Source of the DNA: Octopus bimaculoides
Taxonomy: Eukaryota
Length of the DNA stretch: 64,000 nucleotides
Reading direction: 5' to 3'
NCBI RefSeq assembly: GCF_001194135.2
Contig: NC_068992.1
Coordinates: 67,059,696-67,123,695 of the forward strand
Shown: in pieces, positions 11,698 through 26,201 of the stretch
Numbering within the stretch: the stretch's first letter is position 1
Layout of the letters: each line of letters starts with the position of its first letter
Program-made: the position numbers and the translations under genes
Notes under the pieces: generated by a model
Database searches by the model: none
What the model was told of the DNA's origin: nothing
What the model saw: only the letters and a program-made list of their open reading frames with translations

Positions 11698-14630
11698 GTA
11701 AGGAACACGTTTAGTCTCTATAATTGATTTCCAATTTTATCTTGACAAAAAATGTCTATTTGTCGGTGGTAATAGTGGTGGTCACATTCAGCATCAGGCT
11801 TCGCGTTTCTTCAGATTTTAAGTTCAATTCCTTTTGTAGTTGATTAAATTTCATTGTTGAAATTAACGTTAAAATAATTGAAATAATTGAAACATGTAAT
11901 TGAAACAATTCTGTCGATCCTAAATCACCTTCGTAGAAACGAGAGCGCCCAATATTTAAAATGTCAACAGCGTAGATTGCAACGTCACGTCTTCGGTCTT
12001 CTCTGGTTTCTCTCCCTTTCACAGCCATTTCACTTTGTTCTTTATTGTAACGACTTAACGAAGGAAGACTACCAACTCCCGTGTCTGACATCTTGTTACG
12101 TTATTTGAAATAAAAACAAAACAACTGTGCAATACATAATAAAATAATGAGGACAGTAAAATAAAACTTAAACTTCGTAGTGCTCTGCGTTTTGAAAGTG
12201 GTTTCACTCCTAAATCTACTGCTATCTCACGATCTCCTGTCAAATGAAAATTCACACCTAACTCTCAGCATTTCTTTTGATCTTCACTAAAAACAGAAAA
12301 CTGATAATGTGTAAAAGAGAACGGAATTGGAAACATTCAGTACAGTACACGATTTATGAGATATTGCTGGTTCGATGCACGAAAGATTTAGCCATAAAAA
12401 CTCGCAGAAACTGTAGTGCTGATGATACTCTCGACCCATTTGACCTTAAAAGTTTCAGAGATGACGCTTGTAGTACTCTAGACACATTGCCGTCAACAAC
12501 TGGAAGGGTTTCAAGTTCCAATTTCGTCTGAGAGAGCTAGAAATACTTTACTTGACAATAGTGTAGATATAATATGACGAAAATATTTCTGAAAATGTAC
12601 CATTTTCTTTGACTGCTTCCTTTTCTCTTCTGTCTTTCTTCTTTTTTTATTTCTTCCATTTAAGACCATTAATTTCTATTTATTTGTAATTCTCTAATTC
12701 AAATTTTTATTCCAAAGATCCTTATGGAAACCAAGAAAGAACTAAAGTAACCAAAACACAAAGCATAAAATAAAAACATCTTATATAGCTTGAATGAAAG
12801 AATATGAATCGCATTATATTTTACGAAAAGCAATCTAACAATGACTACAGCAATATACAAATTTATCTCTACTTCAACCGACATACTTCATGAATGAAAA
12901 TAACCTATATTAGTTTTCCGGGAATCTTCTATTATTGTCATCTTCTCTGATTAGATTGTCTAATATAATCAAAAGGAAATGGAACTAAATCTACAATTCC
13001 ATTTCTCTGAATGTATCGTTTTATACTTCTCCATATTTTCTTCTAATCTCTGGTCTTAACTCTCACTGAAGTTACTAATAAAGATGAGAATTCGATTCGC
13101 AAATGGGATTTCTTGGTTTCTTTTAGTTGTACTTATATTTTGATATACGAGGTCAGGCCAGCGCATCAGTGTTAGAAATATTTAACCAGGGTTTGATTCC
13201 AAGCCATTGTGTATATATATATATATATATATATATNNNNNNNNNNNNNNNNNNNNNNNNNNNNNNNNNNNNNNNNNNNNNNNNNNNNNNNNNNNNNNNN
13301 NNNNNNNNNNNNNNNNNNNNNNNNNNNNNNNNNNNNNNNNNNNNNNNNNNNNNNNNNNNNNNNNNNNNNNNNNNNNNNNNNNNNNNNNNNNNNNNNNNNN
13401 NNNNNNNNNNNNNNNNNNNNNNNNNNNNNNNNNNNNNNNNNNNNNNNNNNNNNNNNNNNNNNNNNNNNNNNNNNNNNNNNNNNNNNNNNNNNNNNNNNNN
13501 NNNNNNNNNNNNNNNNNNNNNNNNNNNNNNNNNNNNNNNNNNNNNNNNNNNNNNNNNNNNNNNNNNNNNNNNNNNNNNNNNNNNNNNNNNNNNNNNNNNN
13601 NNNNNNNNNNNNNNNNNNNNNNNNNNNNNNNNNNNNNNNNNNNNNNNNNNNNNNNNNNNNNNNNNNNNNNNNNNNNNNNNNNNNNNNNNNNNNNNNNNNN
13701 NNNNNNNNNNNNNNNNNNNNNNNNNNNNNNNNNNNNNNNNNNNNNNNNNNNNNNNNNNNNNNNNNNNNNNNNNNNNNNNNNNNNNNNNNNNNNNNNNNNN
13801 NNNNNNNNNNNNNNNNNNNNNNNNNNNNNNNNNNNNNNNNNNNNNNNNNNNNNNNNNNNNNNNNNNNNNNNNNNNNNNNNNNNNNNNNNNNNNNNNNNNN
13901 NNNNNNNNNNNNNNNNNNNNNNNNNNNNNNNNNNNNNNNNNNNNNNNNNNNNNNNNNNNNNNNNNNNNNNNNNNNNNNNNNNNNNNNNNNNNNNNNNNNN
14001 NNNNNNNNNNNNNNNNNNNNNNNNNNNNNNNNNNNNNNNNNNNNNNNNAACCCCTTGCTAGCTAAAGTAATTGGCATCGTTCTGGTTGTGTTTAGTCATC
14101 CGTTCAACGCTGGTCGGAAAGAATGAATTATTATAAAAGAGAATAAAAGAAATAAGTTTATAAGGAAATGTTGGCAAATATTGTGGTGTTTCGCTATAAT
14201 AAGGTTATACATTAGAACCGTGGCGGATTTAGATATACAAGAAAATCGTCTCGTATTGAACACATCGACACCTCGCGTCTAACAGCGCACGGCAAACCTT
14301 CATCAAAGTCTACTCAGAATCTTTGCAACAACAACGACGACGAAAACAACAACAACAAAAACAACGATAACAACAACAACAAAAATGAAAACACCCACAG
14401 TATCAATGTATGCAGTAGCAGCAAATACATTTCCGGCGTAGACAACTCAATTATTGTATGATGTAAAATTGTATAAGCAGTTAATATCCTCACCACCATC
14501 ATCTTCGTTATCACCATGATCTGCATCCTCATCATGATCGTCGTCGTCGTCGTCGATAGATACCACCACCACCACCACCACCACCACCATCGTCATTTAG
14601 CTAATATAAATGAAAGAAGTATCGCTATTT

Positions 14631-14685
14631 GTCGCTTTTCCTTTCATCCTTTCGGGTTCTATAAAATAAGAACCAACTGAACATA
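14631..14685 (+). mobile_element. Fragment of the abundant tRNA-SINE central domain
   Basis: cctttcatcctttcgggttctataaaataagaacca matches the reverse complement of copies such as 14950-15000. Confidence 0.7.
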
Positions 14686-14900
14686 TATTTCAAAAGACGA
14701 AATATCCTATTGTATTCATTGTAACACTTGCCTCTACTTTATGATATTGAGCCTCGAAAAATGATAGGCAAAGTTGGCCTGGGTGCAGTGTGAATTCTGA
14801 ACATGAAGTACTGAAACCAAACCTGCAAGGAGTTTTGTCCGATATTTTAACGATGCTGCAAGCTGCCATCGTCAGTAACAATAATATGGCATTATTAAGG

Positions 14901-15096
14901 CTTTCCTATTGTGGCCCCAGGCTAGTGGGAAATCAATTACACGAACCCAGTGCTCAATTGGTACTTAATTCGTCGATCTCGAAAGGATGAAAGGCAAAGT
15001 TGAACTCGGCAGAATTTTAATTCAGAAGAGGAAGACAGAGGAAATACCGCTAAGAATTTTGCCCAGCTGGAAAAGATTCTGCCAGCTCACCGCCTT
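14901..15096 (-). mobile_element. tRNA-derived SINE, abundant family with a Meta-domain-like core, copy 1
   Basis: Shares gaaaggatgaaaggcaaagtcgacctcggcggaatttgaactcag...gattctgccagctcgccgcct with four other copies. The minus strand carries A-box-like (tggcagaatc) and B-box-like (gagttcaaattcc consensus) motifs. Confidence 0.85.
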
Positions 15097-15159
15097 GACA
15101 ACAACAACAGTTATAATGATAATGACAACAACAATAACAACAACAGCAATAATAATATC

Positions 15160-15640
15160 TTGAAGGCTAAACGATGGAGACTATGTGAAGAGACAAGTAA
15201 AGTCAATAGAGTATTGGAAGACGTTGAAGAAAAGAACATCACACAAACAATTAAACTTATCAAGGCTGCAAGTAGGATTGTGACAGAAAGGATGGGATTG
15301 GGAACTATTGAGAAGAGAACATCGATGGATAAATGAGGAAATAAACAACCCTTGTGGAAAAGGAGGATTTCACAATGTATAAAGTTCCCGAATAGTGTAG
15401 TGTCAAAACTTGTCAGGAAAAGAAATGGAGAATTGAAGAATGATCACAAATTCGAAAAACTGAAGATGTATGGTGTAGATACAAAAGACCTGAAGGTTGT
15501 AATTAAAGAAGTGAAGCAGCCAAAAAAGCAAAATTAATTAGGTCTGAACAACGGATTAAGTAATACCGGCAAAGCCAATTGTTTAGAATCGACCAAAAAA
15601 GATTTTATCAAGCATTAGAAGCAGTGCAAAGGCAATGATA
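15160..15640 (+). mobile_element. Internally deleted R4/Dong-like element (family A): upstream ORF segment joined to the element's 3' terminus
   Basis: Reads KVNRVLEDV..NITQTIKLIKAASRIVTERMG...PLWKRRI...VIKEVKQ, then after a frameshift KAKLIRSEQRIK*YRQSQLFRIDQKRFYQ. Ends ttagaagcagtgcaaaggcaa (19/21 identical to the 3' end at 923-943), followed by (TAA)n. Confidence 0.75.
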
Positions 15641-15646
15641 ATAGTA

Positions 15647-15713
<67 letters not shown>

Positions 15714-15723
15714 CAACAACAAC
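15636..15723. repeat. (TAA)n/(CAA)n microsatellite
   Basis: Seen directly. Confidence 0.97.
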
Positions 15724-15887
15724 ATACAGAAAATAGCACTACTAAGCACCGCACACATCCTACGTAAAACACTTTCAATACAATGAAAATAAGAGCAACA
15801 CAACAAACCACAGCACATACCCGAGGCACACAGAGCTGCGCTCGGTTGTGCAGTGAAAGCACGTGATAAAAATAAGACTACTGAATG

Positions 15888-15955
<68 letters not shown>
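15724..15955 (+). mobile_element. 3' end of a second R4/Dong-like family (family B): IQKIALLSTAHILRKTLSIQ*, 3' UTR and (TAA)n tail
   Basis: C-terminal motif QKxxLLxTAxILRKxL at 15724-15786, ~100-nt UTR, and long (TAA)n from ~15886 to 15955. Confidence 0.8.
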
Positions 15956-16140
15956 CCTTTCAGTTGTAGGCACAAAGCCTGCAATGTTTGCGGAGAGGAC
16001 CGGCCTATTATATCGATCCCAGTGTTTCACTAGTACTTAATTCATCAACTCCGAAAGATTGAAAGGCAAAGTCGACCTCAGTGGAAGTTGAACTCAGCGG
16101 CAGGCGAAATACCTGTAAACCCGGGGTGCTAACGATTCTA
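15956..16140 (-). mobile_element. tRNA-derived SINE, abundant family, copy 2
   Basis: Same core as 14901-15096. Confidence 0.8.
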
Positions 16141-17434
16141 CTAGGATGTCTCCTTAGTAAGAATAATAGTCGGCGGAGATAGTTTTATGCTTGTGATGGG
16201 TGCAATTTTAGCAAGACGAGCAAAGACTAAGCATGTATGTCTCAGAAAATTGTTTAAGATATCAAATATGCAGCAGCGATCCATTTGTAATTGGGGTGTA
16301 TTGTGTAGTCCCGGAGATTTGAGGTTAGTGATGGCAAGGCATATATTAAAAGCAATTCTAATGCATACAAAATAGACTTTCAGCATGAATGCTTTCCATT
16401 TTGTCTGTCCGGACATTGTAAGAAAGAGTTATAGTGATGTCCTAAATATGATTTAATTTGTGAAACTGATATTATGAATGTTTGCATTCATTTGAATTTC
16501 TAACTCCACTTGGCAAATGAAGATAAGATTATATTCAATATCTTCTATTCTACCGCTGAGACCTGATTGCCTATACATTCAGTACATCAAGTAATTATCA
16601 GACTCTTTTGGAAGTTAAAAACGAAAACTCTCTAATCCATTTAAAATTGTTCTTTGTTTCTCCCCTTACAATTAGTTGACTGTGATACAAAAAGTAACAT
16701 TGACGTCATTCCAGCAGAAATGAAAAAAAGTCTTATTTCTACATTATGAGAGAGTAATTTACACATTTCTGCATTTATTGAAATGCAACAAATATGTCAG
16801 ATATATTTAAAAGTCTTATCAACTCAACCATTTGACATGCTAATTTAATATGCCATTTCCTCACAACGAATATACACACTTTAAAATATATACTCTTTTA
16901 AAATAAAAAGAAAACAACTTAAAAACTAAAAGTTATACTCAAACAAACAAACGTAGAAATTTTAAGTCTGCTAAAATGTTCAGTCGGATTTTTTTCTGTT
17001 TATTTAGATTCAAATTCTTTCTTTTATTTTGATTTCAAAGGGATGTGACAGCGGTTTAATGGCGGGGTTACAGTTATGACATTTCTCTATATTGTATATT
17101 TATTGCTTTTACTAGAAACATATTTTATAAAGAAAGAATACTTTCATATTTTCGCATATTCTGCAATATGACAGGAACTGTATTCTTTCGTTGAAAGGTA
17201 CTGACAAATTGCTTTCTTATCGCTAACGAATTTAAAAGACTCAAATCGCCAAAATAGCAAAACAATATTTGAAATGCATGAAATATCATTTGTGGTTTGT
17301 TGTCGTTTTCACTTTATTTAGACACACGTAATGTATAGAGCATAAAAGGGGACATATTGATGCTGAAAGAAAGCAGTATATTCACTGTTACACACACAAA
17401 CTGAAAGCGGCACACATATTAATCTGAAGACACG

Positions 17435-17465
<31 letters not shown>

Positions 17466-18599
17466 CTATCTATATATATATATATATATATATATAAGCC
17501 CTTGGCTTTGAGAAAGTTTTGTGCTTAGAATAATCTACTGTGCCGTCATGACTAGTTGAGATATATTCAATATAGAAATCAGGCTAAAATACTTGGTAGA
17601 TAAAATTAGACCCGAAGGCCGATATTACTCTTACAAAGCTGAACGAGAAAGCTGCTTATATTTATGGATAGTTAAACCACCCTAGCTTTAAATGGAAACT
17701 CGGTTATAAATATCAGAATAATCTCTTATATAGATATCGGTTTTCCGAGGGACTCTCAACCGCGTCATACTCTAGTATAATGAGACGCTAGCTAGGAGTG
17801 CTTTTACAGCTAAATTAGTGGATACGGAAAAACACCATCCGCCCCATATCCGAAACTGTTTAGAGAGATAAAGGTAATTCAGTTTAATCCTCCAGGATCC
17901 TTCCTGGCTCTAGGAAGAAATCGTATAGTATATATATATATACCTGGTAGTTTACCGGTAAATCACGTTCACTTCCACATTGATTTTGGATATTTGATTA
18001 ATGGGACCGAAGATGGAAGATACGAAAATGCTTATACAACACTACAATTGTTTCGACATCTGGCATCGATCCCTGACGGGTGGGATACTTAACAACTATT
18101 TTAGGGACATCCGTCGCTGTAGATGTGTCTTTTCTAGCGAGAATAAGATATATCTCGCTAGAATAACGACTGTTCCGCAAGATATCTGCTCGATTTGTAT
18201 TTAGAAAAGAAGCAAATTAAAGGATACAGTTTCATTTTTATAGAAGATTAATGATAACTATCAAATGAAAAAGAAAGGAATATACAATACACCAAAAAAT
18301 TATTAAATATAACCCTTAAGGGATATGGATGTATAAACGCTCTCGCTTAGGTTGTACGGGTCACTTACACTCGCTCGTATAAGCATCCACCGGGACACAA
18401 GTATACGCAGACGCGCAGTTTGGCGCACATACACTACTCAGTGTTTATAAAAATGGGGAGATTAGAGTTAAATTTAATTCATAGATTAAATAATTGATGT
18501 TATATATTGACGTTACGAAGTAGCATGTTTTACTATTAGTTCTCTCTGTCACTCTTGTTCTTTCTACTTATATGCATAAATATATAGTTTCGTGTGTGT

Positions 18600-18637
<38 letters not shown>

Positions 18638-21600
18638 GTGTGTGCGTGTGTGTGAGTGCATGCGTGCGTGCCTATGTGTCCTTGTAAAGGGAACTAATTG
18701 TAAATGTTGCAATTTCGCTCATGAGCGCCATATGATAGTATCAATCACGTGTCCATTTTTAAACCTTTTAATTACGTTTTTCATTTTGACCAAGCTTCGG
18801 CACTTTTGAGAGTTACCAGTCAGTGAACTGAAAATTACATTCGATTCCCTACTGTGACTATTTAACTGTAATCTTTTTATTTATTTCATCAATCTTCATT
18901 GAAAAAAGTCAGTAATCGTTCTACAACCTCATTTCCTATCAAATCTAAGATTTGGAATCATAAAAATAAATGATAAAAGACTCCTAATGTAATATTATTG
19001 ATTTCTGACATCGGCTTATGACAAAAAAAGTTGTAACGAAAAAGTTGTAAAAACTTGATACCAAAATATAACTGTTATTTTATTGACTCCATCGTGATGA
19101 AAGGGGAAATTTATCGCGGATAGATTTTAACTTTGACTGAATAGTGATGAAACAGCGTAGTAAAACGTATTTCAGTCAACCAACTGCTACGTTCTTGTGA
19201 TTTAGGACAGGGGAACTATATTTAGAGTGAGATAAAATGAGATCTGGTGAGATGCATGTCTTTTGTAATAGTGGTGTTATAAGTATAAGATAAAGAAGGT
19301 GTCTAAGGTGGAGAAATGAAGCTGCAGAACTCGCCCAATTTTGAAGGGATTACATATTTTATTCACTGTACGGCAAGCGCATGATTAGATATTACTGCAC
19401 CACAAACGAAATGGTGTAGTTTTAAGGATTGTAGTGGTCGTGCAATTACCTTTCTTCAAATGAAACTCTTTAGGATAATATAGAGAAAAGGATTATATGT
19501 AACAAGTGGTAATATTCAGAGGAATATATTTCTCAGTTTCGAAGAAGTTAAGGTAGATTTGTCAGAACTTAAGTTACAATTTCTATTTCTAATTTGAATT
19601 CAGTTTTATATATTTGTAGAATAAAATAAAAGCATCATTTCAGCATTGATTTTTAATATATATTTCCCCGTGAGCAAATGGTCAATTTAGAAAGATCGCA
19701 ATAGTACTTCAGCATATATCGTCAATCCTCTCTCTGATTGTCTGTTTATCTCTGCCTCAGCGACACTTCTACCCTATCTGTACATATTTACTGCTACAAA
19801 CAGAGAAGACGCTGCCCGTTAATAAAACGATGTACACCACAGTCACCTAGAATCAGATGCATGCCACATACACTTTACCTATTTCTATGGCAGGAGAATA
19901 TTTGCTGCAATATGGTTGACTCAAAGTCAACATCACCAATAAGCAGAATCAAAAAATATATTTGGATTCGTCGCTTTACTTTGCGATCTTTTAAACTGGT
20001 TGGAAATGCAATTTAAGAGATTTTGGAGCCGTTCAGGAGGGTAGATAATCTGAAACCTTCGTCGTCGTAAACGGTACAGTGTCAGGGATTGATATTGTTG
20101 TTGATATTCATGTTTATCCTAAACTATCCCAGATCGAAAAGATACCTAGGTTATAAAACTTTAAAAAACCTACCCCTTAGTGTATTCTCTTTACTCATAA
20201 TGTATCTAGGATTGTATAATCTACTTTGTCTTTCTATGTGAAGAGTGTAGCGTGTCATTGGTGGAAGATTGAGCGATTAATTTTAGTTGGTTAAGCGTTT
20301 ATTAATTGGTGCTTGATGGGAGGTGAATTGACAGAAGCATTCGATTGTCGGATTAAATGTTTTGTAGTATTTGTTTAGGGACATAAAGACAACTGAGTTC
20401 AAATCCAGCAAAAGTTAACTTAGTCATTTATGCCTCCGATGTCGATATTCTTCTACAGATATAACATAGGTATTGCGCCTATTTAATAATTCGGTATTAA
20501 TTTTTCTTATGAGGAAAATATCACGTTTCTATAATTTGTTTCTGCATCTGACAGAAAAGATAATTAAAAATAACACTGAAGGAGTTACTTTTGTTGAATC
20601 CCCTGTGTAAGTCAGGAGCCATGTTTGAAATATAATCTTCAAATAATAGCTGAGTTTTCAATCATTTAAACCGGAATGAAAGTGGAAATGATTCTATGAT
20701 TAGCTCAAGCGCATGTTAAAGAAAATTCTTTGGAGTTACTTATGTCATATTCCAGTTGAAATTTGCTGGAAATTCTCTCAACAATCATTAAACAGGACTT
20801 ACTTTATAAAACAACATTTGTTTCATTGCTATATAAAGCAGCACTGCTTTCTTCAAATAGAATGGAAAAAAAAATTACCTAAAACGTTTTGGTTTTTGTC
20901 TTTCTTTGTGGGAATTATCGGCACCATGTCCAGAACATAAAACAACATATTTTGAGTATGTTTTTAGAGACATGTTGTTAATGTCTTCACATGTTAAACG
21001 AAGAAAACAAAGTGAAATTACATTATAAATTACGAAATGTAAATTGATTTGCATTGCTTGTGCTCAAATAATGTGACATTGGAGGGTTTAGATAATTTGA
21101 AAGAGAACATTGTCACAAGGCAGACGTCTAGTGTGTTGAATCGAAATTGCTGTTAGTTAGGAATAGTAAATACAAGGAATATAACAAAGACAATCATTAT
21201 TAGACGGCGGTGATATCTTCCTACCTATCTGCCAGCATGATTGGTAATTATGTCGCCAATAAGTATTATAACTTTATAAAACATAAGTGTGTCTCATATT
21301 ACAAATATTTTATACTGCAGTACTATTCGAGATCGGGGAACAAGAGTCAAGATAACTCACCGTTTGATTGTAATTATATTCTATTTCCTGTCACGATACT
21401 TCCGTGTCTCCTTCGGCTTTTGTCCCTGTTTGTCTTGCACACAGAATGTTAAAATGTCATTTTCTTGTGACTTAATTATTTTCAATTTCATATCGTTGAA
21501 ATTTTGAAAGTATTTTTTTTCTCATCTATCTGACGCATTTCAATATCATAATGTTTTATTTATATTATAACCACTTCTGTCGTTTCTAGAAGGATCTACC

Positions 21601-21973
21601 CAATCATCGTTTTTCAAGTAATTACGTTATATCATTGAATCAAAGTCGATGCATGTCTCACACTATAAGGATCCACACATATTAGCGTGAGCTAAATATC
21701 TTATCCAAGTTCAAATCCTGTGTGTACTTATTTCTCCTATCTTATATCAGGAATACTGTACAGAATGGAATGAACGACAAACAATCTCAGAAGAATATGA
21801 GAACATTTAAGCCAGGAAATATGATATTTACATGGTTACATGGAAATAGACTTGATTAGTTCTCCTCCATGCAATACATTTTGCTTTACTATAGTTTGTG
21901 AAGATCATAGAGAATATTTCAAATGTTCTTATATCAATAAAATTATATTCCTGTTGTCGTTGCTGTTTCACAG

Positions 21974-22060
21974 ATTATTACGCCGCCAGAAAATAGACGT
22001 GATAATGAGAGGCTTTACAACAAAATGACAGTCAAAGAACTTTCACACAAATTCAAAGAG
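21974..22060 (+). CDS. Neprilysin-like exon 4 (IITPPENRRDNERLYNKMTVKELSHKFKE)
   Basis: gtttcacag acceptor, GTAAGA donor, 87 nt, phase 0-0. Contains the RRD..LYNKMT motif. Confidence 0.95.
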
Positions 22061-25000
22061 GTAAGAAATTTCTTCTCACTTTTTCTGAAACTAGAATAAA
22101 TAATTGCGTTTCTTACCAGGAAATTGCAGGTATGATATCTTAAGAGATTTATCTCCTCTTAGATACTTAAAAAAAAAAAGTTAATATGATGCATTCTAGT
22201 GTCTTAGTGGTGCTTCTCTTAAAAGCTTTAAAAGGATGAAATACAAACCGTAATTGGACTTTGCAGACGTCGAGGTAATGAGGAGAAAATCGATTATAGA
22301 CATTCACGCTTGGTACAAAACACTCCAGCCTTTCGATAAAAAAGATAAGAGGAAGCTAATAAAACGTACTTTTTGGTTTCCTACATCGACATATTGGTGG
22401 TTTAATTGGAAGGTTTAGTCAAATGAGGATCGCTGTAGATGAGTAGCTTAATAATTCCTATGAATCCAAGAACGGGATGATGGCCTTTAATACATCGATT
22501 CTATGTCTGAAGTAATTGATTATTAATTTGCCAAATTTATTATCTCGAACTGCAATTAATTTATAAAATGACGTTCAATCAATGAAGGTGTGTTGAGAGA
22601 TGACAGATCTAACACTGTAGATTTACGTTTTAGCTTTTGCATAAACTATAACATTTTTGCAGTTCACTATCTTTAATATCAGTCAAGATTATTAGCCACG
22701 GGTGTTTTCATGCAAGGCACCAAAAATACGAAGGGAAAGCTGAAGAGGGAGAGAAGTTTGTTAATAGCTGCAAAAGATTAAACCCACGAAGAAGGCCGGC
22801 GTCATCAAAACTGAAAATTGTGTAACACACACGCGTGCGAGCGCGCGTATGTGTTTGCGAGTGAACTGTCATGTGACCGGTTAATGTTACTGGAATAGTT
22901 CTTTTTACAATGGAACTCGAGCAACGGCGTTGTAGTTGAAATAGTTATCGTTTTGTATTTGTGAAAACATCGTTTACATCGAGTTAGCAAAGTTAAAACA
23001 TTTCCCCCAACATTGTTCTGAGTTTTACATTAAAAAAAAAAACGAACAACAAACACATTTCATATCGGAAACGATTTTTTTTTCGTTTGTTTTATTAAAA
23101 CAAATCTCAGTACTTATTCAATATGAATAATATCTTAAAATTTGTATTTCTGTTGTTGGCAGATAAATACATTTAATAATAATAATGTAGCAGCTTTAGT
23201 ACTTCATACTTCATAAATTTTATCGAATTCCATGATACATAAGTCTAGAAGGCTGGTCCAATAACGAAACTATTTGTGCGATAGATATAGTATATTCCAG
23301 AAGAAAAATTGGCATAAGATGAACGTGGATTCTTAACGTTTCTAAAGGCGAACTCTCGTCTGAAGTAACTCTCTACAGCCAACGCCACGGATAATCAAAT
23401 GACAGTTCAACCAGGCGAATAACTTCGATAAGCACGTACAAATAGAAAGATTCAAATAATGAGTAGTTTACGAATAGCTTATCATTTCTATTTAAAGATA
23501 CCAGGAATATAAAGATATGAATTAAATAAATGTGTTGATATTTATTTATAATTCCTCATCAATGACTAAATATAATGAAAATATAATTTTATGTATTTTA
23601 ATAAAACGCTAAGGTTCGCACGAATATTGCAAATTGAGCAAGTGTATTTCATAAATAAAATAATTAAAGCTAAAGTGATTTTCATGTACATTATCAAATG
23701 CATTCCGTGACTTTTAAGGATTAAAATATGTATTTTTCGCTCCTGATAGCATATTTATGGATATAGTTTTTAATATATACATTACAGTGATGAAACATTG
23801 ATTTACCGACAACCATTTAACTTGTGTTGTTTTCATTATAAAATTACTTAAATACATCAGTGATCTGTCAACACGTTATCAATTTTGAAGATCTAAATCA
23901 ATGTCAAGCTCTACAAGCCAAATTCAATAATTGATGCTGTTGAATATCAGTTGCGCAATAAGTACAGAGCTACGATAATATAAATTGTGAGCATATTGTA
24001 TAAGTTTCCCTAGCTCAAATTATTCGAATTACATTTACTGATAGTTTTAGCAACATTATACAACACGTAGTAATAATTTAGGTTAGTTGCATCCATTTAT
24101 CATATATATTTACCGAATTATATAGCCTGAGCCATTTGTATTAATGTGCTGAACATCTTGACTACAGAAATAACGTAGTAAACTAAACACTACATGAACC
24201 ATCATCCCAGCCGTTATTTTCCAGTGGTTAATGATCAGGTTATCTTCAAAATTAGAAAATTAATTTCGAGATTAATATTGTCCAAAAGGGGTTATTATTC
24301 CCAAACTATTTCTTCTAAACATTTTACTGTGGACAACTAATTTCTGAGAATAGTTGAAAGTTAAAATATGGCAGTACATGGCAGAATGTCGAAGAAAATG
24401 CTTTTGGATATTCCGTTACCTTCTAAAATCAACTCCCATCGCTTTACGCAATTGTAAATTATATTTACATACATTCTGTGTAATAAGAACTAATAAAATA
24501 TTGGTCTCGATTTAATCGGTCGGTCATTTCACCATTTTCCATTGATATGTGCCAATATTAGAAATAAAATATAAATTGAAATACAGGAACGATTCTAATA
24601 TGTTACAGTCGAAGAAAACCATTCGAATTTCGATATGGCAATAACAAATCGTTAGCCCCATGTGATTTTTTTAGAAATCGTCAATATTGAATTGAAACCC
24701 ATTGGTAGGTATTGCTTCGAAAGAGACCAAACGAATTGACTAGAATGTAATAATAACATTTCTTTTTATATGTTCCACCAGGACGGAAAGTGGAGCTGGG
24801 TCATATTAAAACTAAATACTGAAATATTGACAGTCTTTACGCAATTGCATCAGGCGTCTCTACGGATCTAAAGTGTGCATTGTAGTTTAATAGAAGAGTT
24901 GTTTTGTTGCAAAGGAAAGAAATGCAGTTTTGAAATATGAAATATAATGCTTTGATTATTTGAAACAAGGTCTCAATATATCATTGAGACTTGAAGCTAT

Positions 25001-25073
25001 AATGCGAGGTAGAAATATGAGGTTATAATAAACTTTCGTTGATTTGTCAATATTTGTTTTTCCTTTGTTTTAG

Positions 25074-25213
25074 TTTGATTGGATGTCCTATTTTACTCAA
25101 GTCATGAACATCCCCAAAAAGTCTATATATATCAACGAGACAGAGAAGATTATTGTTCGGGATCCATCTTATTTTACAGAGCTTATGAAAATTCTAACTC
25201 AAGTCGACAAACG
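25074..25213 (+). CDS. Neprilysin-like exon 5 (FDWMSYFTQVMNIPKKSIYINETEKIIVRDPSYFTELMKILTQVDKR)
   Basis: ttgttttag acceptor, GTAAGT donor, 140 nt, phase 0-2. Contains FDW..Y and ExIIVxxPxYF motifs. Confidence 0.94.
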
Positions 25214-25465
25214 GTAAGTTTTCATTTAAATATTCATAAAATTGATTTTCCTAAGTTATTGGAAATACAGTCTGTTGATGATCCGTAGTATAGATAATCT
25301 TCTGGATCGTTGTAAAAGTATTTTCATACTATTGATCTTAATTGCAGATATACATATTTATACAGCGAGATATGTGAGAGTGAAAGTGAGAGAGAGAGTG
25401 ATAGAGAGTGAGGCGAGTAAGTGAGGGTAACAGAGGCCAAGGAAACAGAAAAGGTGTTGGATAAG

Positions 25466-25598
<133 letters not shown>

Positions 25599-25914
25599 AT
25601 GTATGTATGTCTGTATATATGTATGTATGCGTGTATGTATGTATATATTGTATTTAGGAGGGGAGTCAAAGATAAAGACGCAAAGAGTGAGGAAAGAACT
25701 GGCAATATATTCTTGATTGCTCAAATAATTTATTACTTCATTAGTTAATCAGTTAAGGAGTGGATTGGTTATAATATACCTAGACGGAATGTATTTGGTG
25801 AATGTCGTTATTTTGACGAAAATGACTCGAGCTATTACCTAGTCTGTTTCAATACATTAAGAACCTCAAAAATCATGCAACAACTACATATACATAGATA
25901 CACACAGACATACG

Positions 25915-26201
25915 CCCTCTCTCTCTCTTTGTCTCTCTCTCTCTTTGTCTCTCTCTCTCTTTGTCTCTCTCTCTCTTTGTCTCTCTCTCTCTTTGTCTCT
26001 CTCTCTCTTTGTCTCTCTCTCTCTTTGTCTCTCTCTCTCTTTGTCTCTCTCTCTCTTTGTCTCTCTCTGTCTCTCTTTGTCTCTCTCTGTCTTTGTCTCT
26101 CTCTCTCTTTGTCTCTCTCTGTCTGTCTCCCTCTCTCTGTCTGTCTCCCTCTCTCTGTCTGTCTCCCTCTCTCTGTCTCCCTCTCTCCCCCACTCTCTCT
26201 C

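Noticed and set aside
14205-14240. ccgtggcggattta resembling a hAT-type TIR
   Set aside because: No matching second end or TSD found.
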